From the NCBI GenBank assembly GCA_002245135.1, contig NGBS01000001.1:1-64000 (forward strand): 64,000 nt of DNA, written 5' to 3'. This document shows, in pieces, positions 50,626 through 64,000 of this stretch. This stretch comes from Proteromonas lacertae (lineage: Eukaryota). The notes under the pieces were generated by a model. It made no database searches and had not been told where the DNA came from. It saw only the letters and a program-made list of their open reading frames with translations. Each line of letters opens with the position of its first letter. The first letter of the stretch is position 1. The position numbers and the translations under genes are program-made.

Positions 50626-50682
50626 ACTATGTAATTTACATGTAATTTTGACATTAGTCATTTCACATTCCTTTCTTCTTAG

Positions 50683-51358
50683 ATGATTGGAGACCATCCA
50701 TGTCCATTTCGTATATTAGATGATACAGGCAGTGCATTTTTGTTGGGTATTTTCAATCATTTTATTCGCAGGTGCAATTGGTGGTTCTGCTTGGCACTTT
50801 GTTAAAGGGTTGAAAAATGCACCAAAACACAGTAGAATGCGTAGTGCTTTTCATGCTATTATGACTAGAGCTCCTGTATTAGGTGGTATTTATTTACTAG
50901 GTTTATTTTTTTGTTATTAAATAGGCAATTTTGGTGTATGGGGTTTATTGTTTAGTACTTGTGAATGTACTTTATCTACACTCCGTCATAAAGAAGATAC
51001 TTGGAATGCTATAATTTCTGGTGCTGCTACAGGTGGTTTACTAGCAATTAGAGGTATATAGAATTATTATGATTTTGGTTAATGATATTTAGCTGGTTTC
51101 AAAGCTTTTATTTTCAATGCAATAATTGGAGGTATTTTAATGGCTGCAATTGAAGGAGCTATGATTTATATGGGAAGAACATTAACACGAATGCAATATA
51201 AAAGTATTAATGCACAATTATTTGGAAGTATTTTTCTTATTTCATGATTTTTAATAGCTGCCACATTGGAACCACCATCTATTGATTATAGTGAAGAAAC
51301 TGATGATAATTTCACTCAGGATAAAACAAACCTTCTTCCTCAATCAACATCCTTTTAA
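50683..51358 (+). CDS. TIM17: Mitochondrial import translocase Tim17
   Basis: [41 protein letters not shown]. Confidence 0.92.
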
Positions 51359-51499
51359 AATCCTATCCTTCTATCATCTTGTAATATAATTGTTATTATT
51401 ATTCTGTGTAAGTATTGCTTATTTGTTTATGTAGATTTATTTTTACATAATTTATTTGGCTTGATAAAAATCCAAACTACATCAAGCCACATTTTTTTT

Positions 51500-53974
51500 A
51501 TGCAAGCTTTATCTTCCATCACAAGATATTTTGATTATAATGCTGTATGTATTTCATAATATTTATAATAGGCGACACTAAGTGGATGTATAGATATCAT
51601 TGTTGTTCGACATAACGATGGATCTCTTTGCAGTACTCCATTTCATGTTAGAATAGGTAAAATGAAGGTATTGAAGTTTAATCTAATTTAATTTACTATA
51701 GTTATTAAATAGCAAAGACAAAGAAGTAAAAATCTATGTAAATGACAAACTTGTTGATTTAACGATGATTTTAGGATCAGAAGGAGCTGCCTATTTTACA
51801 AAAGAGATTAATGAAAATGATACAGAATCTATTCAATTAACTTCTCCTTCTTCTTCTCCATTTGATTCTCCAATATCCTCTCCAATAATGTCAGTATAAA
51901 ATAATAATAATAATAAATATATATAGGACAATGAGGCATCTAATGATCCAGAACCATTATCTTTGGAAGATTATGATGATTCACCTCCTTCAACAAAAAA
52001 GAATTATGCATGGGCTTGGGGTAAATTGCCTAAACATCAAAAAATTTCTCCGCCATCTTATACTCCAATTGATTCAGGATCAATTATCAGAGTTCCTGTT
52101 TCATCTCAAGTATTAGTTTCTTCAAGAGATACTTATAGTATTCAAGTTCCAAGTTTATCAGCAGGATCATTTGTGTCTTGGTCGTTTTCAACTGAAAATC
52201 ATGATATTAAGTTTAGTGTGAATTATATTGATTATGCTAATAACAAAAAAGTGTTAAAAGAAAGTCAAAGAATTGATAGTCATTTACAGCAACAAGTATT
52301 AATTCATTTATGTATATATATTTTATAGAATGGTGGCATTATATCTCCAGGTGAAGGATATATTGAATTAGTATGGGATAATTCCTATTCTATATATCGA
52401 AGGAAGAAGTTAATATTTGATGTTGATTGTTATTATGCTGATAATCCTTTACCAATGAGTGTACCAATTAATTCAAAATTCGGTTGGGGTATATTAGAAT
52501 TATGTAGAAGAGATAGTATTTGTATTGTTTCTTTGCTTTATGGCAGAGCTTATATGACGTCTGATTCATTTGAAATAGTGGGTGATATTAATCAATTAGA
52601 TGGATTAGAAGTTGCTTCGACTGTTGGATCTTTGGTAGATGATTTAGAGACAGATAGAGATAGTTTGAATGGTTTAGAAGTTACTTCACCAAGATCAAAA
52701 CCTGATTCAAGTCCTGTTACACCAGTTCATCATTCATATCAACGACAAGTTCAGAATCCTGTAGCATTATCATTGTGTAGATCATTGTTGACAACCGATT
52801 TATCAAATGATCAAAAAATGATAATATTTAATCAAAATAAAATATCCAATGATTGTTTATCAAATATCAATTCCGTTTTAAGCAATCCTGATCTTGTGTG
52901 TTTAGTAGATGGGCAATTTAAAACATTACAAGAAGCATTACCTCAAATCATTGCATATGCTGCTTTTAATACATCAATTCAACCACCTCCAACTCAAGTA
53001 ACTCAAACTTCAATATTTACTCCTGAAAAATCAACTTCTCAGAAGAAAGAAGAATCAGAAATAAAAGAGAAGAAAAAGAAATATGTTAAGACATTAAAAC
53101 CCTCATCTGAACAACTGCAACTACTTAATTTGAAGGATGGAGAGAATAGTATAAAATTTGAAGTTAGTAGTAGATTTCAAGGTACTAGTTCAGTAACAGG
53201 ATCAATGTATATATATAATATTATTCCAATAATTATTAATGCTCTTTTTATATAGATATTTATATCCTCCTCAAACAAAAATCGTTATTACTGATGTTGA
53301 TGGAACAATTACTATCTCTGATTTGTTAGGTCATATTATGTATATGGTAGGTCAAGATTGGAGTCATAATGGCGTTGCATCTTTGTTTTCAGCAATTAGA
53401 GTATATAATTAAGATATATATTATAATTTATTAATTTTAGAAGAATGGTTATGTGATAATGTATTTATCAGCAAGAGCGATTGGTATGATGAATATGACA
53501 AAGAATTTAATCACAAATATTTCACAAGGCGATGATGTTAGATTACCTCCAGGTCCTGTAATGACTTCACCAGATAGGCTATTCCAAGCTTTAGCAAGAG
53601 AAGTGTGGATGAAAAAACCACATGAATTCAAAATTGCTGCTTTAGAAGATATTCGAATGTTATTTCCTAAAGATGAAAATCCATTCTACGCTGCTTTTGG
53701 TAATAGAGATACGGACTACACGGCATATGATCATGTAGGTATTGATGACAGAAGAATCTTTCTAGTTAATTCTAAAGGCAAAATCAGCCAATATCAGCAA
53801 TCATCAATAAATACAACTTATTCAGATATGAAAGAATTAGTTGATTATATATTTCCTCCTATTAATCCAAATAAGCCAGAAGTAATCAATCCAAAGTTTA
53901 ATTCGTATAATTACTGGAAACCTCGGTTGTATTTTGATGATGATGATGATGATGCAGAATTAGATGACTTTTAA
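51500..53974 (+). CDS. PAH1: Lipin/PAH1 phosphatidate phosphatase with internal GOLD-like domain
   Basis: [49 protein letters not shown]. Confidence 0.93.
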
Positions 53975-54070
53975 TAACATGTTAATTAGTTTTAATTTTC
54001 GTTTGTAGATTGTTTGTTTTTTTAATTAAAAGAAAATATCCGTTACATAGTAGTTTCTTTAGAATTTGAA

Positions 54071-54997
54071 ATGTCTGTGTCAGGAAGGAGCAAAGCACCA
54101 TCCTCTGTATATTCTTCATTTTATATATTGTCAGACAATGGATAAAAATATTCCTAAAAATCCCCGTTATGCTAATGTTAAAGGAAAGATTGATACAGGT
54201 AAGTCGGCTAGTAAAGTTAGAGTTTTGAATATCTTTTTATTATATCATATTATCATTTTATGGAATAATCTTTAATTATACTTACCTACAAAAGAATATC
54301 TTAAAAGAAAGAATGAATTGTTCCGTAGAGTGAAATCTGCACAGTTGGTGGCTGTATAAATAAACTGTTCATATTTATATAATGCAGATATTTCAAGATG
54401 ACGAAGAACAGCAAGATAGAGATAATCTAGTAGGAGATGGTGAAGAAGGTCCAGTTGTAGTTGTTGTAGATGCAGCAGCTGATTCAAAATACGATAAGAA
54501 CTATTTATTAGTTGATGTTAGAGACATTGAAGAATATTCACAGTGCCACATTCGAAATGCTATATCTTTACCTGGTCCAATGATTAGAAGTGATAGATTC
54601 CCATCAGATTTTTATTATTATGTATATATTGTTAGTTGTTTTATATTATTTATATAGAAGAATAGAGAAGGAACAGTTATAATTCTATATTGTTACGATG
54701 AAACTGAAAGTGCAGATTGTGCATCATTATTAATAAATAAAGGTTATGACAATGTATTTTTATTATCTGGTGGATTAATGACATTCGGAGCTGAAAATCC
54801 ATTTTATATTGATGGTGAATTACCAAAGAAAAGAATACCAACATCACAATCAAAAAGATCAGGTGTTAATTCAGCTGCAGGTTCTAAAAAAGGGTATTTT
54901 ATTATATGATTGTTTATATTTATATTTATGTAGTGCATCAAGTATGATGTCATCGACTACTGTTGATTCATTAGCTCATTCTAAAATGAGGTATTAA
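54071..54997 (+). CDS. CEP41: Centrosomal protein CEP41 (rhodanese-like)
   Basis: IPKNPRYANVKGKIDTG, ELFRRVK, LLVDVRD..YSQCHI, GYDNVFLLSGGL. Confidence 0.85.
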
Positions 54998-55139
54998 TTG
55001 TTTTTATTAAATAGTTTTTATTAACTTTATTATCATTGCTGTTACATTGGGTGGTTAAAATTTGTTCTGACTCAATTCAGTGATGCGAAGTTTTTGAGAA
55101 ATAAAAAAATATTCTTAACTGTTGTGTTATTACATTCTA

Positions 55140-55889
55140 ATGAGCAGTTTAGATAAATATCGGTATATTTATTCATACTATCTTTATATATAGTGAAAAA
55201 ATAGAAGAATTATCAATAAAAATAAAAAATTCTGTCAATCTTGATAATGGTTGGGAAGAATATGATAAAGAACAAGAATTAACATGTTATAGAAGATATG
55301 TATATTATGCTATTACAAACTATAGGATGGAGATAATATGAGCTTTTTGGGAAAAATGGATTTACCATATTCATCAACAAAAATATTAGAGATGATATCA
55401 TCTACAGAAAAAAGAAAATTGTTAGATCCAATGTTTGAACAAGGAACAGAGATATTACATATTGGTGATAATTTTTCAATTGATCATTTCATTTATAAAG
55501 ATCAATGGCCTGCATCAGGTAGAGATTTCGTTACAGCATCTTATTATGTCGTATTAATAGCATACACTAACCCCAATACATAGACTGATAATTTTGGACA
55601 AATTTCTATGTATATTTGGACTCCAGAAGATGAAAATCAAGCATGCGAGTTAGTTTCAGGAAAAGTTCGTGGAAGAATAGAATACGGAGGATATATAATC
55701 ACACCACTAACAATGAATTCTTGTCATGTTGATTATACAGTTTGTGTATATTTAAAAAATATATATTTATGACATTCATAGATGAATTTAGGTGGATCTT
55801 TACCCACTTTCATTGCTAATATGGTTTTGCAAAATCAACCAAGAGAATTACTTAGTATAAAAAACTATCTAGATAAAATGGATAATTAA
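55140..55889 (+). CDS. START-domain lipid-binding protein
   Basis: WPASGRDFV, KVRG, NLGGSLP motifs. Confidence 0.85.
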
Positions 55890-55988
55890 ACAATGCATTT
55901 CTTATTCAATCTTTTATATTTTGAATTTATCTAACACAAACATTATTTACAAAACATAATATTAAAACAAATCAATGTAATACAATCT

Positions 55989-56841
55989 CTACTGACCCAT
56001 TTGCATATTAAGATCAACCTTACTAGTTTCAGGGAATAACATTGTTCTAATAACTGGTTTTAAATCATGAAAACAAATATCTAAACGAGCATCTAATGTA
56101 TTATTTAACGCAATTCTTTCATCTTGAGTTTCTATGATAATTCCACCACAACATGAATAACCTATTTTATCAGAAGGTGGTGGTGGTAAATATTTTGATT
56201 TATCTTCACATACACGAATCTTTAAATCAACTTAAATAGAATTAAATATTCATTTAAAAAAATGCAAATATTAAAAAAAAGATATATCTTCGTTACATTC
56301 ATTCTTCATAATACTCACATACTGTTCAACTGCTTGTGGTAAAATACTTCTGACAAGATTCAAATCACACTCTCTACATCTTACTTGCAATGTCCTTTCT
56401 TCCATCTTGATAAATGCTTGTACTAATAATTGCTGGATAAGAGACTTGTAATTCTGATTGTTTGGATCAGCCATTGCAGCTAATTTAACTTTTGTTGTTT
56501 CTACCAACTTATTAAGCAATTCTTCTCTATGTTTCAACAATCTTGTATTTTGTTCAGTTAATATTTGACTGGATTTGCTATACAAATAATTACATCTTAC
56601 AAAAATACATTCTCTTCTGAACATCAAGATCTTGTTCTTTCTTTTCATATTCTGCAGCTATTTTCATCTTACCTTCAACTATCAAATTTTGTTTTTCAAT
56701 TGATGATTCTTCCAATGACTAAATAGAAATAATCTGCAATAATTATACTTTTTGAGTTATTTCATCAGCTTTTTCACGGGCTTCTTGTAGGATAAAAGCA
56801 CACATTTGGTCTATTTGTCTTTTTGATTCTGTATCATCCAT
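55989..56841 (-). CDS. ATP6V1E: V-type ATPase subunit E
   Basis: QMCAFILQEAREKADEI, VRCRECD, CCGGI, NNTLDARL. Confidence 0.95.
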
Positions 56842-56934
56842 TATTCTAAAGAAAGAAAAATATCTTAATCAGTCAAAATAAAAATGAATCATTAGAAGTT
56901 ATTTACTAATAAAAATTATATTCTATTTTGAAAC

Positions 56935-58169
56935 TCAAACCATATCAAGCTTTTCTTGTTTAACAGATAAACAAAGACAAATCAAAGTATATTTATAGAA
57001 GAAACAACACAAACAATCCTAACAAATAAACACCAGGATAAAATCTTGTAGAAATATCCGCATCTGACTCATAATCCACAATATTCCAAGAAGTTAATTT
57101 GTTTATCACACTATACACACGAGTTGATCCTACATATTTCACATACATATTGAAATTATTTGTTGGAATTACTTTGAAGGGAAACCTATTCTGTTCAATT
57201 ATATCAGGACATTTTTCTTTCAAATAAGTATATTTATAAAAGCCAACTTTTAATCTGCAACTCAGAACAGTTGTTGTTTCTTCATTAACTTGCAAACCTG
57301 AATTTTCATAATCATTTTCTAATGTTTCTACTGTTGTATAGTCCTTTTCTGTTTTTCTTATTATCTCTTTACTTGCATAATACACTAAATTATTATATTT
57401 TTGAAATGCGTAATGTCTATTTACAGTTATATATTGATTATTATCATTTTTATAGAAGAGAATAGATTTTTCTGGAATGGGAAAAGTTGCATCTTCATTC
57501 TCTCTACAAAATGATAATTGTTTTAATTTATTTAATTCTTCTTGAATATCCAAAGGTTGTTTAATATCTACTTCTTTCATAATCACTGAACCACTAATAT
57601 CTAATAAGTAAGCTTTTTTCTCTGTTGTACTATAACCATAACAATTTGCTATAATTTAAAATGAAATAACATCTTTATACTTTGAGATGATTGTAAATCA
57701 GCATCACTATCATTATATCCACAGTTTTTGGATAGCATATTCAAGTGTAATAAATCCAGTCGGATATGGATCACATTTCAATTGTTCTTTTGTATAAGAA
57801 GAATAACAATATCCTGATTTTGATAATGTTTTTTTGTTTTGTGAATAACAACTACATGTTTTATCTATTTAGATATAAAAGATTCGGTATAATACAATCT
57901 TTTTTGGAAATAACTGGATATGTCATTAATGTCTGACATGGCTCTTCTGTTTTCTGGTAAATTTCTGTGTTTGTATAATACACAAACGCCTGAAGCATAT
58001 CATCAATAATTACTTCTGTATTACCAATCGGTATTAATGTATCAATAGGTGGATAATCTCTAAAAGAAGGTTTATCTTCAGATGAAAGAGAAAATTGTAT
58101 AAATGTGAGTACAACAACTATATTTTTCTATATTATACTTATACTTGTTATAATAATCTTCATTGGCAT
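56935..58169 (-). CDS. Hypothetical protein (possible signal peptide), multi-exon
   Basis: Large exon 56993-57640 plus upstream exons with GT-AG introns; ends uncertain. Confidence 0.45.
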
Positions 58170-58322
58170 TTTAAAACACGAGATATTTTATATATAAAAT
58201 GGTCAAAATAGATTTAATGTGTATTATAATATCTACATACAATAAATGAAATTCTATTTTGATTTTCAAATCATTGACAAACTTGTTTTTGTCGTTTTTT
58301 GTTTTTCTCAAGAATAAATAAG

Positions 58323-60052
58323 ATGTTGAACACATTACCACATATCCCACAATCGTTACAGAGAATAAAGAAGTATTTTTTAGTTTTATAATCTATATGA
58401 TAGATATTTACCTCCAGAAGATCCAACAGCACAAAATAAGGCTGAAAGATCTTTAAACAATTGGATTAGGATAATTTTATCAATAAGGGAATATTTTCAA
58501 ATGAAAGTTAGAATGGCAATAAAAATTCAAAGTGTAATTCGTATGTTCATAGCAAAAAGAAAAGTTAAAAGAATGTATATTAAAAAATGTACAGGTACTG
58601 ATAAGCCAGAAGATGTAGCAGCAACAAAAATAGAATCATTATTTAGAGGACATAGAGATAGAAAAATAGCTAGAATAATTAGAGAAGATATGTTTGAAGA
58701 AAGTTGCGCATTAGAATCATATAGAGAAAAACTTAGAATAAAACCGTTAGAAGAAGAAGCACATCATCGTGAATTAGAGCATATATACAAAGACAAATTT
58801 CATAAACTACAAGAAAAAGAGAGACCACCTAATGAAATTCGTAAACATTACATTAGACCTGGTTTAGAAACTCCATCATATTATGTAAGAACTTTACCTC
58901 ATGGAAATACAGGACCATACAATACAGATATTAGTAAATTAGAATTAGGGTTATTGTATAAGATAAAATATGATTTTGCAACTCATTCTCAGATTAAAAG
59001 AAATCTATTAACTGTTCCACCAACAGATAGATGGTGTATGAGACAGAATGGATATAAAATCAATGATGATGGTCAAATTGATAGAACAGATGAATGGATT
59101 GAATTTCATAAAGAGAGTATATATAAACTATCTCTTTTATTTAATATTATATATATATAGAACCAATTGAAGTTGATAAAACAAAACCAATTCCACAAGC
59201 TGAGTATAGAAATAATTTTATGAGTCAATCACAATGTATTTCTTTAGTTTTTTTTTTAATATTCTTTTAATAGCTTCACCTGCTTTAATGACAATAACAA
59301 CACAGAAATCATTAAATCAATTAAATCCATCAAAATCGGAAATGAATCTTGAAGAATCACTCAAAGCATCAATGAGTAAATCGACTTTAAATATTCCACC
59401 AAAAAGAAAATTACCTGCTTATTATCATACATTTATTGCTTATAAAGATGGTAAATTGATTGAAGAACCTCCCAAGATTATACCAGAAAAAAAGAATAGA
59501 AAGAATAGATATCAATTAGAGCAAGTTCTTGATTTACGTCTTGGTTCACATCCCACATCAAAACAGAAGGAGCAAATGTTATATGAAACAAATAGAGCTT
59601 TTAAAATAAAACATAATGAGTTAATGAATAAATTGAAACAGAGAGAAGATAAGAGATATTATGAGAATATGAAAGCTGCTGCTGCAAAAGATGTAGCAAT
59701 ACAGAATGCAAGAGGATTTTGTGCATTACAAAGACAATCACAAGCAGAGACATTGAAAGTGAACAATACAAGAAAAATGAATGAAGTATTAGAAAGATCA
59801 AATGCAATATTTAATATGAGACTTCAGAAGTATAAAGAGAAACAACATAAATGGGAAGATAGAATAAACCAATTGACAAATGAATTTGATGAAGAATTTG
59901 AAAAGAAGTTAGGAATATCTCCAATTCAATCTCCTTCGAAAAATGCTTCTAAAATAGGAGAACAATCAATGAAAGATTTAGATAATTTCGATAGTTATTA
60001 TTCTGTAGAAATGAAGAAGAATCCTTCTCAGAAACTACCTACTTTAGCATAA
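58323..60052 (+). CDS. IQ-motif coiled-coil protein
   Basis: AIKIQSVIRMFIAK and AATKIESLFRGHRDR; C-terminal coiled coil. Confidence 0.75.
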
Positions 60053-60155
60053 TTTGATAATTAATCTTTAATTCTCTATTTATTTCATAAATTGATGTTG
60101 TTTTTATGTTTTTTATCACAAAGAAAGATAATTTCCATCTACAAATACTAATTTA

Positions 60156-61666
60156 TTAAGTTGAAGGTGGACATTGTTGATTTTGCTGATTTTGTTGTTG
60201 CTGTTGATAATACTGCATTTGTTGTTGTTGTTGCTGCTGCTGTTGTTGTTGAAGATAATATTGATACTGTTGTTGTTGTTGTTGTTGTTGTTGTTGTGGA
60301 TCTATTTGTCTCATATACACTCTTTGTCCCATATCAACATACATTGGCATTGGCATTTGTTGTTGCTGTGGTGGCTGTTGTTGTTGTTGTTGATGATGTA
60401 TTGGTAATGCATATCTTCCTTCAGGTCCTGATGCTGATAAAACTACTGGCATTTTTCTAGCTTTCAAAGCTTGAATTGGTGCTAATGGTTGTTGATTTCC
60501 CATTCTTGGATTTTGTTGCATTGCTCCTCCTCCTCCTTGATTATGACTATTATTATTATTATTATTAGGTGGTGATTGTTGTTTAAAAGTAACATATGTT
60601 CTTGGCATTTGATATAATATTGGATAGCTTCCATTAGGTGGAAGTTGTTGTTGTTGTTGTGAAGGTGGTGGTGGTTGAGAGAATTGATATTGATACATTA
60701 TATGTTGCTGTTGATTATTATTATTATTAGTAGTAGTAGTATATGGTAATTGAGAAGGTGAATGAGGTGGTATTGATTGTTGTTGTGATAATTGGTTTTG
60801 AATATTAGATGGCGGTGGTAATGGTTGTTGTTGTTGTTGTTGTTGAAGAGATGGAAGTAAAGGTGATTGAGTTGTATTGATTTGATTAGATTCTGATGGT
60901 GATTGAACTATTGGAGATTGTACTGGTATTCTCATTATACTAGGATCATTAAATGCTAAAACACTTGAATCACTAGTTGTGATTATACTTGGATCATTAT
61001 TTCTTAATGGTTGATTTGATTGGTTTTGTAATACACTTGAATTACTGTTGTTTGATTCATTTGCATTACGAAATAAATCATTTATATTGGTTGGTTTTCC
61101 TATTACTGTTGCATGGAATGTCTCAAAAGATAATGGTGAACAGGGTGGTTGAGAATTACTGTTAATACTATTGTGATTTTGTACAGATGGAGAAACACCT
61201 ATTAATTCTTTGATTTGATTGGATATATTCTTTAATTTTTCGGGTTCTGCTTTTGGAGGTATTTCATCAGTATGATCCCATGTTTCACGATGTTCTAAAC
61301 GCTCTTTTTCTATTTCATCTATGGTTGAAGATTCAAAATCGTATGAAAAATTATCATCTGGCATTAACCAAGTGTCTTCAGTCAAAGGTGCTTGATAGTA
61401 ACTATGTGGAACATATGCTTTTCTTCTAAAATATAAAAATAACATTAATAAGAAATACTGAGTTTCTTCAGGGAAAATAACTTGTAATTTTTTCATTCCT
61501 TTTGGTCTTTTTGGTTTTTCTTTTGGACGCATTAATAATAATGCATCTATTGTATAGCAAATCTTATCATTTTTAATATATGCTAAACTAACACTTGGAC
61601 TTCTAAGAATGGATTAAAATTAAATAACTTATACTCATCTGCTGTTGGTGTAGGTGTAGAATCCAT
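60156..61666 (-). CDS. Q/P-rich low-complexity protein with N-terminal YxxxxL-phi motif
   Basis: ATG 61666, intron, then YTIDALLLMR and a long polyQ/prion-like tail. Confidence 0.75.
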
Positions 61667-61772
61667 GTGAAATTAAATAAAAAAGAAAAATGAAATGAGA
61701 TATTCTCAAACCTTAGTTCAAGCTTTTTGAAACAGTCAAATTCTTTAATTTCGTTTTTTGAAATAAATAGCA

Positions 61773-62167
61773 ATGGTATTGTTTTGAATTTATATCATTT
61801 TAGTCTACCGATGTTGATGAAACTTTTAAACGTATAAAGAGTCATAAAGGTGTGGAAGGTATAATTATCGTTAATCACGATGGAATTGTTTTGAAAACAT
61901 CAATGACGAATGAGGAAACAAATCACTATGCTCCATGTATTGCTCAAATTACCAATAAAACAAGGAGTGCAGTAAAAGAACTGGATCCTGAAGTATTCCA
62001 TTAATATTGTATTTAATGATTAGGATGAATTATCATTTTACCGAATAAGATCGAAAAAACATGAAATAATGATTGCTCCAGGTATTTGTTTTATATTTTT
62101 TATATTATTAGAGAATGAATATATTTTGATTGTTATTCAAAACCCAAATCTTGATTCAGAACAGTAA
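61773..62167 (+). CDS. DYNLRB: Dynein light chain roadblock
   Basis: [40 protein letters not shown]. Confidence 0.95.
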
Positions 62168-62383
62168 TAAGTGATTTATTATTTTTATATTTACTTTTTT
62201 TTGGATTTTGAAGATTTACGAAATGAAAAGAATGAAATATTATAAATATATTTATTATAAGAATGTAAACATTTTTTTATATGTTTTTTATGTATATGTA
62301 AATATTTGACGAGATATTTTATTTTTTAATTATAGGCTTGGCTTGTATTAAAAACGTTTTGAAATTTAATTTATTGATTTCTA

Positions 62384-62753
62384 ATGTCTTCAGAACAAAC
62401 AGAAAAATGGAAGATGATGTGGGGTGCGAAGGTACTGTGCCCTAATGATTTACCAGGTATTTTGATCGTTTTATTAACCAATAGACAATATCACTAAATT
62501 TGTTATTGAAACAGTTGCATCATCCTTTAAGAAATATAATGACGATTTTGAAGGTAAAGGAGATGAAATTGTGAAAGAAGTAAAAAAAACAATGGATCAA
62601 AAATGGGGTGAATATTGGCATATTATAATTGGAAAGAGTTTTGGATCTTATTCTACACATGAATCAAGGATGTTTATGTATTTTTATTAATTAATTGTAA
62701 ATAGATTTTTCTATTATGGAGAATTGGCAGTTATGGCATTTAAATCAGGTTAA
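62384..62753 (+). CDS. Dynein light chain, LC8 family (divergent)
   Basis: KKTMDQKWGEYWHIIIGKSFGSYSTHE...AFKSG. Confidence 0.88.
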
Positions 62754-62864
62754 ACTACTCCTAATTTATTATGTATTTCTATTTTTTATATTTTCTGTTG
62801 TGTCTATTTTAAATCAACCCACAAAATCAATAAAAATATGTTTACCATTTCATTATCAAGAATT

Positions 62865-63361
62865 TTAAGCTTTAATTTGGTTAGCAATTTGATCTAATTG
62901 TTTTTGACCTTCTTTTGTAATTATTCTTCCTCCTTCTGGTGATTTAGCAACAATTCTTAATTTTTCTAATTCTTGGAGAGCATGACGGATAATACCTCTG
63001 CATGCCTAATGAAAATACATTATATATTGAATAAATATACTGGCATATGATGTTGTCTCATTAAATGATGTCTTCCAGCACAACCGAATGAATTAGCGAA
63101 TTTCTTTACACCACAATTTTTATGTAAATATACTCTTCTTGCTAATGTAGCTATTTATAAACAAATAACCTAAAAATCTATACCCATCTTAGCATAGTAC
63201 CAATCTTCATCGAGAGGAGATAATTCCTTTTGTATAGCTGTTTTAAGAATATCACAATTTCTTGGAAGTGTGACTTTGCCTGATCTTTTCAAATGTGCAG
63301 CATAAGCGGCTATGAAATCTTGGGCATGGACGTCCTTTACAGTTAATGTATTTTGACTCAT
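62865..63361 (-). CDS. RPS19: 40S ribosomal protein S19 (eS19)
   Basis: [48 protein letters not shown]. Confidence 0.96.
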
Positions 63362-63619
63362 ATTCAAGTCTATATTTAATTAGATAATCAAAAAATACTC
63401 AAATGACTGGAATGGTAAACAAGCGTATTACTAAACACTTACATGTTTTTGATTGTCAAAGGGTTTTTTCTATTAAAAGTGGCCTTTCACTCAAGCCTTA
63501 TTTAATTTATATGAACAAGCTGAGCGTAATGTATAGTAATTGACCACACTTGGCTTGAGAATTCACATTCACTTGTTCAGGTTATTGTTAGCATTTAAGC
63601 TGCCCTCGACAAGAAAACG

Positions 63620-64000
63620 ATGAGTAAAAAAGGTTATACAACAGATGAATCTAAAGAGATTCGTATCCGTATTGTTTTGACTTCAACTAAAGTCAATTCA
63701 CTTGAAGAAGGTATAATTACATATTTTCATTATTCTAAAACCTACAATAGCATGTAAAAGTTTAAAGTACAAAGCTACACAAAAAGGATTATTAGTTAAA
63801 GGACCAGTTAGATTACCAACAAAGAAGCTTCATATTACAACAAGAAAATCACCATGTGGTGAAGGTACCAACACATGGGATAGATTCCAAATGAGAATCC
63901 ACAAGAGAATTATTGATGTAACTTGTTCTTCAGATACAGTCAAAGAAATCACCAATATGTCTCTTGATTCAGTTCAAGTTGAAGTTATTCTTCAAGAATA
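63620..64000 (+). CDS. RPS20: 40S ribosomal protein S20 (uS10), runs to window edge
   Basis: [42 protein letters not shown]. Confidence 0.97.

Noticed and set aside
34257..64000. Alternative genetic code or polyadenylation-created stop codons
   Set aside because: The core genes I traced end in ordinary encoded stops, and their apparent in-frame stops are explained by short GT-AG introns

Overview
Very AT-rich eukaryotic DNA with short (~30-50 nt) GT-AG introns. It looks like a protist; a Blastocystis/Proteromonas-like stramenopile is my inference, not proven. There are three zones. (1) 1-~10.1 kb: the right part of an intron-less endogenous Polinton-like/virophage-like dsDNA virus. It carries an adenain-type protease, minor capsid, major capsid, A32/FtsK packaging ATPase, a fibre-like ORF and a striking basic core precursor that resembles adenovirus pVI/pVII; polymerase and integrase are not in the window. 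(2) ~10.1-34 kb: a transposon-dense accessory region. It has at least four TGT...ACA Ginger/TDD-like families (5-bp TSDs visible for three insertions), a decayed rve integrase, hAT and Tc1/mariner relics, and an intron-poor island of glycan-building/modifying genes (GT2-like, GT92, GT23, GT31, two methyltransferases, an O-acyltransferase pseudogene) bracketed by an ~880-bp direct repeat. (3) 34.2-64 kb: compact intron-rich housekeeping genes (V-ATPase C and E, XMAP215, GATA factor, PIG-M, Top6A/SPO11-3, TIM17, lipin, CEP41, dynein light chains, RPS19, RPS20 and others). All calls come from motif recognition by eye, and multi-exon gene boundaries are approximate.
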